From assembly GCA_002633005.1 (NCBI GenBank), contig NMRA01000181.1, forward strand, positions 444,959-508,958: a stretch of DNA of 64,000 bases, in the 5' to 3' direction. The DNA is from Phoronis australis (Eukaryota > Animalia > Phoronida). The notes under the pieces are model-generated. The model made no database searches and was not told the origin of the DNA. It saw only the letters and a list, made by a program, of their open reading frames with translations. The position numbers were made by a program, and so were the translations under genes. This document shows, one piece after another, positions 40,401-51,600 of this stretch (positions are counted from its first letter, which is position 1; every line of letters starts with the position of its first letter).

Positions 40401-42789
40401 AAAAATTCCCAAAGCCAACACCTGAAGTGCAACCCGACATATTCATATAACAACATCTCTTTTTATGATGCATTTAGCAAGCATTTGCATGCGAGAAGTT
40501 GCCCTCTAAGTTACGATACTTGTCATGAAGATCGACAAATGTACGTGCATTGTCATTTCGGGTGCGTTCATTGTCAATTACTCTGCTCAGTGTGTCCTCG
40601 CCACACGTGACTGGCTCCTGTATCTCAGCTCCAACTCTAATGAAACGATCATAATCAGGGCTGGGACTTAAAATTGTAGTCTCACAGGCGTACTATGCTT
40701 CTAACTTTCAAAACTTGTAACAAAACACAAGAATAAAAATTTTCATGGGTTTAAAATAAACAGTTTGAACCCTGCTAACATTTTTAGTGTCATTATATAC
40801 ATGGGCGGCGCAGCACAGAAAAAAGTGGGGGCTAAAGCCCCTCCCAGCCCCCTATGGTGCACCGCCCATAGACCATGGGTAGCGCAGAACTGAAAAAAGC
40901 GGGGGACTATAGCCCCCCGAGCCCCCTATGGTGCGCCAACCATGATATATAACAGTCGACGCCACAGTAAAAATGTCAAAATTAAATATGACATGTGGGA
41001 GTCGATGGGCAGCACACTTTCACGCAATTGTAGTTTGAAACCTCAGACCTGTCTCTTTACTTTGATAGCATGATATTAAGTAATCAGATGAACATTATCA
41101 TTCGTGAAAAAATACATGTAGAATGAATTACATGACACGTGAAAACTTTGTAATTAATTGCAAATTGATTCAATCACTTGCATACACTGTACTTAATTGC
41201 AACTATTTAAACTGCGCTTTCTAACGGAAGCATTCGAAATAAACAATGTCGACCTTTACCTGCCAAATGATTTGATTAAATTCATAGACCACGAAAATAT
41301 AGGTGCCGTGGGTATATCCCCGTGAGAAAGTTACGAGCAGAAACAAAATTTCAAATATTGACGGTCATTATTTTCTTAATTATGCTGCGGATTTCTCGCG
41401 CAACGGCCTGAAATTGATTTTATGTAATTATCACCATGGAAACGTGTGCAGATATCAATGTCATTTACCTGTGCTGATTGGTACCACAAGATTTTTAAAT
41501 AATGGCGACATAAATTTGCATAAAGTATACAAGTTCATGATTTATCCACCTGCGAAGTAGCTCCATAAAATTCACTGACCTTGGAAACACAAGTAAAACA
41601 TCAAAATAATCTACTTATGGTGCTTGATAAGGAAGTTATAAGCAAAAGCAAAAATTTTCATATTTAAACATGTTTAAGGTTATCAATATCACAACCTAGC
41701 CAAAATGCTTCGGGGGGGGGGCACCTCAATATGAGGCAGTCATAAAACTTACACTATCAAAACATTCCAAGTCCCCAACAGGGGGACTATGGGAAGCTAC
41801 TGGACTAGTAGTTTATACATGTAGCGATTGTTGCCGCTGCCGCGTGCGTCTCACATCGAATGAAACTGTCATTGTCGTGCCCTTTGCTTCCAGAAACTGA
41901 CAAAAAAATTGTGATAAAACCAGCGGATTACATTGGCAAGCTGGTAGAAAAGTTCAACATGAAAGTCGCTGTACAAGGATCAGTCTTCGAGACTAAGCAG
42001 CTTGTCGCGCTTGAAGACGACTTCCGTCTCTGCAGTCCTGACATCATGTTTGCAGTAAGTGTTCAGAATTGTGAGAAATAAAAGCTGAAGGGTACACCAG
42101 AACGCAAGCATCGGGTTTTCTTATACAAAATAACATGTCAATCTTTAATGTCCCTAGATCAAAGGCAAAGCAAAGGTTGGAGAAACGCTAGAATGTGAGG
42201 CGTACTTCACGAATCCTTTGGAAAAAATCCCTTTGACTGGGTGCACGCTATCAATAGAAGGACCTGGACTGAAAAAACCAGAAGAGTTTAAATGCAAGTG
42301 AGTATTCAGCAGTGCTCTAAGCCACGAAGTTGATGAAGTGAATGGGTGATACGATACAAACAGAGATTTCACGCAAAGGAGCGTTTGTCCAACAAGGTCT
42401 GGCCCGATTTGCGATTCACAACTGTTAGAAATCGTCAAATGAAATTGCTAGCTATCAGTTGCAGATGCAAGTAACATGCGAATGTCCTTTTAGTAAAGTG
42501 AACTGACTTCAGAACATTTTCGATGTTTACGAAATATCGACTATAAAAAGTTATAAATTATTCCTTACTCAGTGTTGAAAAATATGATTCCGAACGACTT
42601 CAAATGAAAACGTGGCACTTTATACTGGTATTTATCTATTTCAGGGACGTCCCTGGAGGTTCCGAGACTCGTATCAAGTTCGCACTCTCTCCTCAAAAGC
42701 CCGGAAAACGCGAAATCATGGCAAGCTTTGATTGCGACGAGCTACCCGACATCACGGGATCACACGAGTTGGACGTAGCTGCCAAATGA
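25401..42789 (+). CDS. Protein-glutamine gamma-glutamyltransferase (transglutaminase; TGM1/F13A/annulin-like), 15 coding exons, ~750 aa
   Basis: Phase-consistent GT-AG exons: 25401-25527, 29745-29969, 30990-31250, 33041-33159, 33459-33569, 34464-34638, 35193-35331, 35802-35905, 36760-36922, 37518-37618, 38286-38368, 38705-38903, 41894-42054, 42158-42297, 42645-42789 (2253 nt). Motifs: [40 protein letters not shown], catalytic [59 protein letters not shown]-terminal barrels (YFTNPL, IEGPGL). First exon is the least certain. Confidence 0.95.
26017..26750 (+). repeat. Diverged tandem-like duplication (~600-bp period) in transglutaminase intron 1
   Basis: gctcatccaatcttgaattg...ttagggttgcgg.gctcgacatttg occurs at ~26017-26140 and ~26622-26740; the block between matches 23613-23925. 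Confidence 0.7.
29354..29444 (+). CDS. Candidate alternative first coding exon of the transglutaminase ([30 protein letters not shown])
   Basis: ATG at 29354, 91 nt to G|gtatca donor, phase 1 matching exon 29745; TATAAG at 29291 and Inr-like TCAG ~30 nt downstream. Confidence 0.4.
31310..31572 (-). mobile_element. Decayed tRNA-derived SINE
   Basis: Minus strand: A-box TGGCTTAGTGG and degenerate B-box AGTTTCAAACC followed by a non-tRNA body; 3' boundary approximate. Confidence 0.5.
31620..32640 (-). mobile_element. Decayed Penelope-like retroelement (RT C-terminus + GIY-YIG endonuclease remnant)
   Basis: Minus-strand fragments WKRYADG (cf. YxDD), [15 protein letters not shown] (cf. FTxExE...LPFLD), [29 protein letters not shown] (cf. 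VVYxIxCxC...YIGETxRxLxxRxxEH); stops and frameshifts. Confidence 0.75.
33793..33992 (-). mobile_element. Partial copy of the 36146-36419 MITE family
   Basis: Reverse-complement similarity (aatgcacaatgcatag.c, gcgaaatt.tgggttttcc, taactcaaaatcctggatccgcccctg). Confidence 0.7.
36146..36419. mobile_element. GC-ended MITE (CAGGGGCGGATCC...) with 5-bp TSD
   Basis: CTATG at 36141-36145 and 36420-36424; poly-G/poly-C subterminal runs. Confidence 0.8.
39020..39153 (-). mobile_element. Short tRNA-derived SINE
   Basis: Minus strand A-box TGGCTCAGTGG and B-box GGTTGGAATCC at tRNA-like spacing, then a short body shared with 17762-17838. Confidence 0.7.
40800..40944. mobile_element. Dimeric GC-rich MITE (two ~72-bp units) with 5-bp TSD
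   Basis: CATGGG..GCGCAG.AC.GAAAAAAG.GGGGG..CCCCCTATGGTGC unit repeated twice; ATATA at 40795-40799 and 40945-40949; relative at ~55050-55173. Confidence 0.7.
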
Positions 42790-43999
42790 GACAGTGGCAG
42801 TGAAGGCTGGTTGATGTGGGCGTACAATTCTTGTACTATTCTATAACGGGGTCGGTGTAAATGTCCTTTTTTGGTATTTGGTGGCACCAGAAAATAGTTA
42901 GTGACCAGCTTTCATGAGCCTTATTCTACTCGGTTGCGTCTCACACGTGGTTATATATGTGATTTTGTTGGCTTTAAGAGGAAATTGCTACATGATCGTC
43001 ACGAGTGATGAAATGTATATTTCTAATACCTTGCTTCCATGCAACGCACGAATGTGTCAAGCGGTTAGCCCTGAGCTCTTATTTATATGACATGCCGGGA
43101 AGCTTCAAAACGACACTAAAAATGAACGTTGATGTTTCTTATCACTGATGGTAGTTTTGCAATATATTGCTTAGCATTGCAATGGTTTGACAAGCATGTT
43201 ATCCCATTATGGAAAGATGTGATGTCTAGTAATTTAGCATTAACTCGTTCTTAGAATAAGTGGACAGAATAATCGAGGTGTGTGTAGGACATAGGTTAAC
43301 CTTAATGTGGTAAATTTGTTAACATGGAATGGCTGTGGGTTACAGAAATACAACTTACTACAGTTACAATACCAGATTTGTTCTTGATGTGTTTATTTCG
43401 TTGTGATCACAAGGCAAGTACTACCAACAAATTAATGATACACAAATTTCCATAAAACATCTTAACACAATTTTCTTATTAGTTTCAAGCACCTCCTACA
43501 ACTGTAGGTACAGTGACTATTTTCAAGTGTCACCCAGACAAACAAAGAACATACAGACCCCATGTTAAATTACTGGGTTCTTCATTTTATACATACTTCC
43601 CTAAAATAACACCAATGTTTATTTCAATAAAGAATTCCACTAAAAGCAACCCCAGGGTATTGCCTTACTCTATTCATTAATATCAGAACACACTGATCAC
43701 TACAGTGTACATAAACAATCACCTTTGCTAGAGCGCGATCAGCTCTTACGCAATAACTATGACTGGAAGAGCAATAATTATAGAAGTCACTGATACAGTG
43801 TATAGGCACAAGGAAGCACTGTAGGACTTTAAGTGAGACCAATTACTTGCTGCACCGTGGCAAGGCTGCATCTGGATGATTCTAAAAAGTAACAAAAATG
43901 AACATGTACTCAACAACATTTTTTGTTCAATTTCAGTTAAAACTTCTGACTGTATAAAAGAATTTCAATGCAAAGCACAACTCCACCACTTACAGTATG

Positions 44000-45160
44000 T
44001 TTCCCCATAAGTTTCATGTATTAGACTAATTTGACCAAAAAATCAAAATTCAACCAGTGCTGGTACATCCCAGCAACACCTCTCTGTCAAGGTCCCTCGA
44101 GAAACCTGTTAAGTCAATTTGACAAAGTTCAATGGATAGGTGATGCCCTGCAGACTAAAAATGGCCAGCAAGGGTTCCCATGGAAATCCTAGGTGACAGA
44201 TGGTAAACTGGTGCCGATGTATCCCAGCCATGAAACCTGGTGACAAGTTTCATAAAAATCTGTCAGGACTGCCTTGTTGTTTTGACAACCAAATGACAAT
44301 CAGTATCTTGGCCAAAAGTAGTGATACAGTAGTTGAATCTGTCTAAATCATCTGGTGTCCACGCCTACCCGTCATATATCTATGTGTCAAGTTCCATCAA
44401 AACTTGGCAGACCGTTTTGAAATAATCAGCAGACGAGAAAGAACCAGCCAAAGACTAAAATGATCAACAAGGGACGCTATTGCAGCCAAATCTGAGTAAC
44501 AAATCATTGCCGGCAAATGCCTCTGTGTAAAGCTTCGTCAAAATCTATCAAGTGGTTTTGACAACAACAGAAAACTAAAATTGCCAACAGGTTGTGCCAC
44601 TGTTGTCAAATCCCTCTGAAAAAACTAGCACTGGTGTATCCCAGTCTTAAACTTGTCGATCCATTGTGACCATAAGCGATGCACACCAAAAATCCCATCA
44701 AAAAATAAAATAGCCAACGGAGGGTGCTAGGGTAGTTGATTTTGTCCAAAAAGCATCTTGTGTCACAAATTCTCACCACATACCTCAGAATCAACTTTCA
44801 GCAAAATTCTTCCATTTGTTTTTCTTTTACAAGTATTACAAGTAATTTCTTGTTGAAAAACACAACGGCCACCAGAGGGTGCCACGCTTGTTGAACAAGA
44901 AGACCGAAAATCAAGCTGCTGCCTGCGCATAGCCACCACAAGACCTCTGAGTCATTTGGACAAAATTGGACAAACAAGGAAATTTATTGTTGAAAACTAT
45001 AACTGCCAGCAGGGGAGACACAGCGTTGAATTGGTTCAGCTGGTGCCAGCCCATCCTTGCCACATCACTTCGTGCAGAGCTTCATTATTTGTTGAGCATT
45101 TTTAGATATTAACCAAACCAAACAAGCAAAGGTAACAATACACGGACGGACGAGTGAGGT
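44000..45160 (+). repeat. Decayed tandem-core repeat ending in (ACGG)n, HINE/Helentron-like
   Basis: Recurring aagtttcat/aagttccatcaaaa/aagcttcgtcaaaa...gttttga motif at irregular 100-250 bp spacing, followed by acggacggacg at ~45142. Confidence 0.4.
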
Positions 45161-45360
45161 GATGATGATTAGGTAAAACGTATAAATTTTGCATGACTTG
45201 TATAGACAAAGCAGTAAAAAATCAATGTTCCTACTTCAGTGACTTTGGCTCACCGCAAAACTGAATCTGTGCTACATATTCATAAAAACAAAATGTAACA
45301 CGCATCTTTAATTAGCACATTATTAAAACCTTAGGACATGAAAAATGATCAAACAACCAA

Positions 45361-45560
45361 GGACAGCACAGCATAGTGGTTTGGGTCGTGAATTCCCCCT
45401 CATGAGGCAAGGGTTCAAATCTTGCATAGCTGAAAACTACAAGAATTACACCAATTGTCTCTTGAAAGTCTGTATTCAGTCATCACTTGTAGACAGAAAG
45501 AGTGCCTCCATTAAAAACGGCATCATGAGAAGAAGAGCGAGGCACAAATGAGGGTATCCT
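45361..45560 (+). mobile_element. Decayed tRNA-derived SINE downstream of TIMM21 stop
   Basis: A-box-like CAGCATAGTGG and B-box-like GGTTCAAATC at tRNA spacing. Confidence 0.4.
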
Positions 45561-45604
45561 GGTTCAAAGTATCATAACGAAAACTGCAAAAAGGTGCTCA
45601 CTCA

Positions 45605-48600
45605 CTAAATATGTTGAGAGCCAGAAAAATTGGTTATCTTATGCCTGTTGTCTTCAATTACAAGATTCCTCTTGGGGTAGGCAGAGTCCAGTTCAACAAT
45701 AAGGTAGTTGTATTCATACTTCCCTTGGTCATTCTAAAATGAAGAGATCACAGTCAGTAGTGTTTTCAGTGAATTTTGAATGTGACAGAAGATCAAGTTC
45801 CAAGACATGCACAGTACCAAATGAACAGTCAAATGCATTGTGCTGCGGGTCCAAAGACTGCATGCCAACTGACTTTTTAACTTCACATTGTCTCATGTGG
45901 TGTCATAAACTAATACTACATTGAGATTTTTTCTTGTAATATCCAAACAAACTGCTGTGGCTGGCTGGTGATGATTTCAACTAACACTAGAACGAATTAA
46001 TTATAACATTCAAATGTTACCTTTTTCATTTCCAAATGTACTGTCCCCTTTTGCCTCGGCCCTTCAATATAAAACTTCATCTGGATGTGCTCAACACCAC
46101 CCCGATTGAATACCAAATGACTGGAATGTAAACATGCAGTAATCAGTTGTAAAGCACAAGACAATGGAACAGTGTAGACCATGTTATGCAACAGTGCAGT
46201 TGAGACCACACACAATGTACCCTCAGCGTGTTAATAGCATAGACTGTATTGTGAGTGGGGCTTAAATTAGTGATGCAATAGTTTTGTTTTGTAACGATGA
46301 AACATATGAGCCTCTGCTTGCCACTCAGTAACAAGCAATTGCCTGTTAGCTGAATGGTTAGCACGCTTGCTTGTTTAATCAGAGACGCTGGTTCGATTCC
46401 CTGGTCCAGTAATCGCGACAATTACAGTATTTGGCATAGTTGGCAAACAGATGATAAACTGATGAAGCACTACACGGACCCTCGAACCTCACGCATCACG
46501 CTTGGTGGTGATCCAAGACCAGGAGGCGAGGACCTTGAGGTTCATCTGCCAGACAGCTATATTGGTGAGGTAAAGTCAAGGTGGAGTAGAATCTTGTGAT
46601 GTTCCACAAAATGAATCTTGTGTTCACCCGCCAGGTAGCACACTTATTCGTAGGAAAGGGGGGGGACTGTTGTGAAACGTACTTCTGGTAAATACCTTCA
46701 CTCGCTTATGAGTAATGCCTATTAGCTGAATGGTTAGCACGTTTGCTGGTTTTATCGGGGTCACTGGTTCGATTCCTGGGTTGAGTATTCTCGGCAATTG
46801 CTACAGCTAATAATCTTGCAAGACATGCAGTTGTGCGTAATACTGTCAATACGGTTCTCATTGCAGCATAACTAGGCATGTGACCAAGTAAAGCTGCCTC
46901 CAGGTACAGTGCTGTGTATGGGACATCACTATGCATTTTGCTGTGTAGTTGCAGCGATGCATACATGGGGCGTGGCAGTTGCTGCACCATGTGCTGTGCC
47001 AATATGACTGCATCAGATACTGTGTATTAGTGTTACTCTGTACACGTAGATTAGAAACCTGAACAAGAGAAATGATAAAAATTCTCCGATTTGGGACCGT
47101 GAAATTTTGCTCACGGTTGGAGCTTCAAGAAATAGGTTGGAAATTCAAGAAATAGCCGATATTGACCATCCCAAATTCAAGAATCACTGGAAAGATGGCA
47201 AAATTACCCATTCTGTAGTTGGAAAACACATTGTCCAAATCAAGAAAATTTAGTTTTTGCGAGAATTTCAGAGCCCCAATTTCTAAAGACTGTCCCAAAT
47301 TAGAGAATCTTTACCGAAATTCTAAAGTAAAAATGTCAAAGAAAATTTCCCCACTCTAGTATATATATAGAAATTCAGGCAACTCACCTAACATGGCGCC
47401 TTCGTCCTCTACTTGTCGTTTCCCCGTATCCTTTTATCGGTTCTCCAAGAGCATCTTGAACCTAGCAACAATGATATCAATATTGATAATAGCAATACTC
47501 AGTATAATTTAGAATGCATCAATTTGTAATCACAGGCTGGGTGCACAGTATTTTCTCAAGACAAAAAGCACTGACCTGCACATTGTTACGGCAAACTTTC
47601 AAAGTGCTTCCATAAACACCACTGGGACTTTGGCTTGAAAATATCTCTCGACCAATCAAGTAAAACAACAAACCTGTAAAATAAGTTTCAGACAATAATT
47701 TGAAGCATTTATTTCATTAACACAATTTTACTGGCAACAAGCCTATTTGTAACTGTCCAAATACTCTTTATACTTCCACCTTTTGTTTCAAAAGGGTGGG
47801 GAACACAACTCTTTATACTCATGAACATATGCACATTCAGGTAGTCATCTGGGGTGCTCAAAAAATCAAGCCAGTAAATCAGGGTGTAGGCGCCTAACCG
47901 AACATGGGTCCTTAAATCAGGAAATGGAAAATGGCGATTAACCAGAGCTAGACAATTGTCCTCACTCCATGATTCTTTAAATTCAAGAACACAGTCACAA
48001 ATATAGCTGCACAGACAGCTGCCTAAGTGTAATTTAAATTAGCACACACTATTTGAGTGCCAAAGTATGTATTAAGAACAAGCACATTGACAAAATTCCC
48101 TCCAAAATGCTAGGACTGACCTGAAATGAATGTCATCAAAGTAATTGAAAATGCAAAAGTATATGAACTTGAGCACAAACTCCCTGTATTCGCATTTCAG
48201 ACAGCACAAACATCCAGTCAAAAATATTCCACAAACTACAGCTAAAGAGGTATCGAATGCTAAATTTGTATGATGAAGTGTGCAGGAATGGCAAAAAGCA
48301 AAAACAATCACGTGGTTTTCCAATTCTTAAATTTAGTTCTGCATGAAATAAAAAGCTTCGAAATACTTTGGCTTTGTTCTGTTGTTCATGATCGAGAGCT
48401 TTGCCTCTTCATTCTTGGCTAAATACGCAAACTGCAGACTGAGGATGACTTGGACAAGACACGTACAAAGCAACTTTTGTCAACGATGAAGAATATGAGA
48501 CAATGAGATAATAACACACCAAGTATGTTGACACATAACATTACATATCTGAGCTACAGCAATAAATTAAGTGTAAAGTTGAAATGTGATGGAAGTGGCA

Positions 48601-51600
48601 AAACATGTCGCGAAGCCTTGTGCCAAGTTTTGCAGCAACAGACCGAGTCGATGTAAAAAAGAATGCTTGAATTTTAAGTCGCAAGAAGCAAAATTAAACT
48701 GCGCAAAAGGTAAGTATCAATCTAGTCAGCCTCCCTCAGTGTATGTGAAAAACAAACCAATGACAAAACAGTTAGTACTTAATGCGACTCAAAACATGTC
48801 ACGTGGGACCAATACGGTTGTCGAGCAGACGCACAGGAAGTCTGTAATGATGCAGGCAAGACAGAGTTTGTTCGAATGTTTCCACTTTTTATACCGTATA
48901 GATATTTCAATTTGCCAGAACACCTACATGCATGAATTCTTTTCATATTCTTAACTTCCTGGAAATTAGGTTTGATTAGTTAAGTACAAGGAAGGCATTC
49001 AATAAGGTCTGCTTACAGTTGTTCAAAATTTAATGTATACATAACTCCACCATCAGATCGAGCTAGCTCGTATTTGTATCAAGAGCATAACAAGAGCAAC
49101 GCGAAGCATTGAAATGCACCAATGACAGCAACGCAAACAATATGCTCCAAGGAGTAATTACTTCATCATAAAAATGGAGACTAGGTGGCGCAGAATAGAA
49201 ACCTGTATGCTTCACTTCATGAAAATCCACCAAGGACTCTGCAGATAGAGGTAAACATAAAAACAGAATTGCCACTAGGAGGCACACCAGTAGATCCAAC
49301 CAAAATGTAGCCGCTATGTGTGGTCATGTTCAAAGGAATACACTCGCCAAAAGTACAAAAAGATCCAGCAAGGGGTTAAGGATATACAGCAGTGGATACA
49401 AAAAAACAAAATATTTGCCAATAGGGGTTACCACAGTAGTAAATCAACATCAGATGTGGTCTTCTCAGCAGGAACACATCCATCAATATTCATAATTTTG
49501 AGCATTTTGGCAGATAGAGAGGCAGACGCCAAAAACCAAGACTCGTGGATAACCAAAATGGCCACTAAGTGGTGCAGATTACAGCGTATCTGTCCAAAAC
49601 TGAAACAACATCGTCATCTCTTTAATAGAACCTTTTTGCCACACATGACGAAAATGCATCAAGGAATTCCAAAGATATGAATGTAAAACCTAAAATTGCC
49701 ACTACGAGACAGAGAGGTATTTGAACTGGTCTGAAACTCGTCATGATATTTATCTAAGTTTGCAAAAAAGAAGAACTGAAAATGCCAAAAACAATTTGAG
49801 CTTGATTTCGAGTGAATAGATTAGACGTCAGGCCAAGGAGTTGCATCCACCTGAAAATCAGCATTATCTGTCGTCATAGAAACACATCTTCCAAATTTCT
49901 CGATCCTCTAAGTTGACGTCGGACAACGGATGTCTGGAAAGAGATGATAGTAATATGCACCCACATATGTATATGTGGATGCATATCAAACTAAATTTAG
50001 AACACAACACAACATGGCAAAACATCGAAATTTCATTTTATGAATTGTTTTTAACAAAAAATATTACTTCATCATTATTTCCACAATTTATAATGTACAT
50101 GTGTCATCAACAAACAAACGATGAAATTTTGAGTATTGTTAAAAATCCAGTGAGATATTGAAAAATTTTTAAAATGAGTACTTTGGCAATAATTTTTGTT
50201 TTGAACTTCAGAAAACTTTACAGTAATTGACTTACCAGTGATACCGACACCAGCAACCACTACAGCTAGGTAGGAGACATCTTTTCCAGTCTGGGTCACT
50301 GTTGATGGAAATGAAGTACCTCAAACTCACATGAGAAGAAACAAACAATGTTTATGTATTTCGTGTAACCAGATTCTTCTAAAAATTTACACAGAATTGA
50401 ATAAACCATAGACCCTATTCACGCGGCGGCCATTAAGATCCAAAGCGAGGCTCACTGCGATAAACAAAGCGAAAGTAGACATTGCGTGAGTTAAATAGCC
50501 GGTCTTTCGAGTCCAACCTGGATATTAAATTTTAATGATGTGTCGACAATTAACCACAGAGACGTAGAAAATTACATTAGAGAACAAGTTAAGGCGCCAA
50601 AGAGTTGTCTGACGTAAGGGTTTAAATTTTTTCGGAAAACTAGGTTCGAAACATGAAAAGTAAATATGACCAAATTGCGGCGATCGTAGTGTTACGGATT
50701 AGGTATTATGCTGAATGCAGGGTTACGTTTTTTCTTGTAAATTGTTGATCAAAATACTTTCTACGCGGACCAGGTCATCTGCTCGTATTGTTGATGAGTT
50801 GAAGACATATTCGACAGTGGTGTCTGTCATGTGCAATTAGTCACATCTGGTTTAATTTGTTGATCAAGAATATTAACATCAAGCATAGCCTGATCCTATG
50901 CTTTCACTGGGACTAACAGTTGATTTGTCATTGGTCTGAAAGAATAATTGATGTTATTAAATANNNNNNNNNNNNNNNNNNNNNNNNNNNNNNNNNNNNN
51001 NNNNNNNNNNNNNNNNNNNNNNNNNNNNNNNNNNNNNNNNNNNNNNNNNNNNNNNNNNNNNNNNNNNNNNNNNNNNNNNNNNNNNNNNNNNNNNNNNNNN
51101 NNNNNNNNNNNNNNNNNNNNNNNNNNNNNNNNNNNNNNNNNNNNNNNNNNNNNNNNNNNNNNNNNNNNNNNNNNNNNNNNNNNNNNNNNNNNNNNNNNNN
51201 NNNNNNNNNNNNNNNNNNNNNNNNNNNNNNNNNNNNNNNNNNNNNNNNNNNNNNNNNNNNNNNNNNNNNNNNNNNNNNNNNNNNNNNNNNNNNNNNNNNN
51301 NNNNNNNNNNNNNNNNNNNNNNNNNNNNNNNNNNNNNNNNNNNNNNNNNNNNNNNNNNNNNNNNNNNNNNNNNNNNNNNNNNNNNNNNNNNNNNNNNNNN
51401 NNNNNNNNNNNNNNNNNNNNNNNNNNNNNNNNNNNNNNNNNNNNNNNNNNNNNNNNNNNNNNNNNNNNNNNNNNNNNNNNNNNNNNNNNNNNNNNNNNNN
51501 NNNNNNNNNNNNNNNNNNNNNNNNNNNNNNNNNNNNNNNNNNNNNNNNNNGTCCCCCCCCCCTAAGTCCGTAGTCATGAAAACACAGCCTGGCTGGCCCA

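Noticed and set aside
46340-46410. Functional tRNA genes at 46340-46410, 46716-46790 and 53730-53805
   Set aside because: A/B boxes are present but the anticodon arm and acceptor stem are not consistently formed, and the sequences lie inside LTR-like repeats next to a PBS/PPT.
49063-49299. 78-aa ORF with signal-peptide-like start (MDLLVCLLVAILFLCLPLSA)
   Set aside because: Starts at TTG, lies at the edge of a decayed repeat, no splice or motif support.
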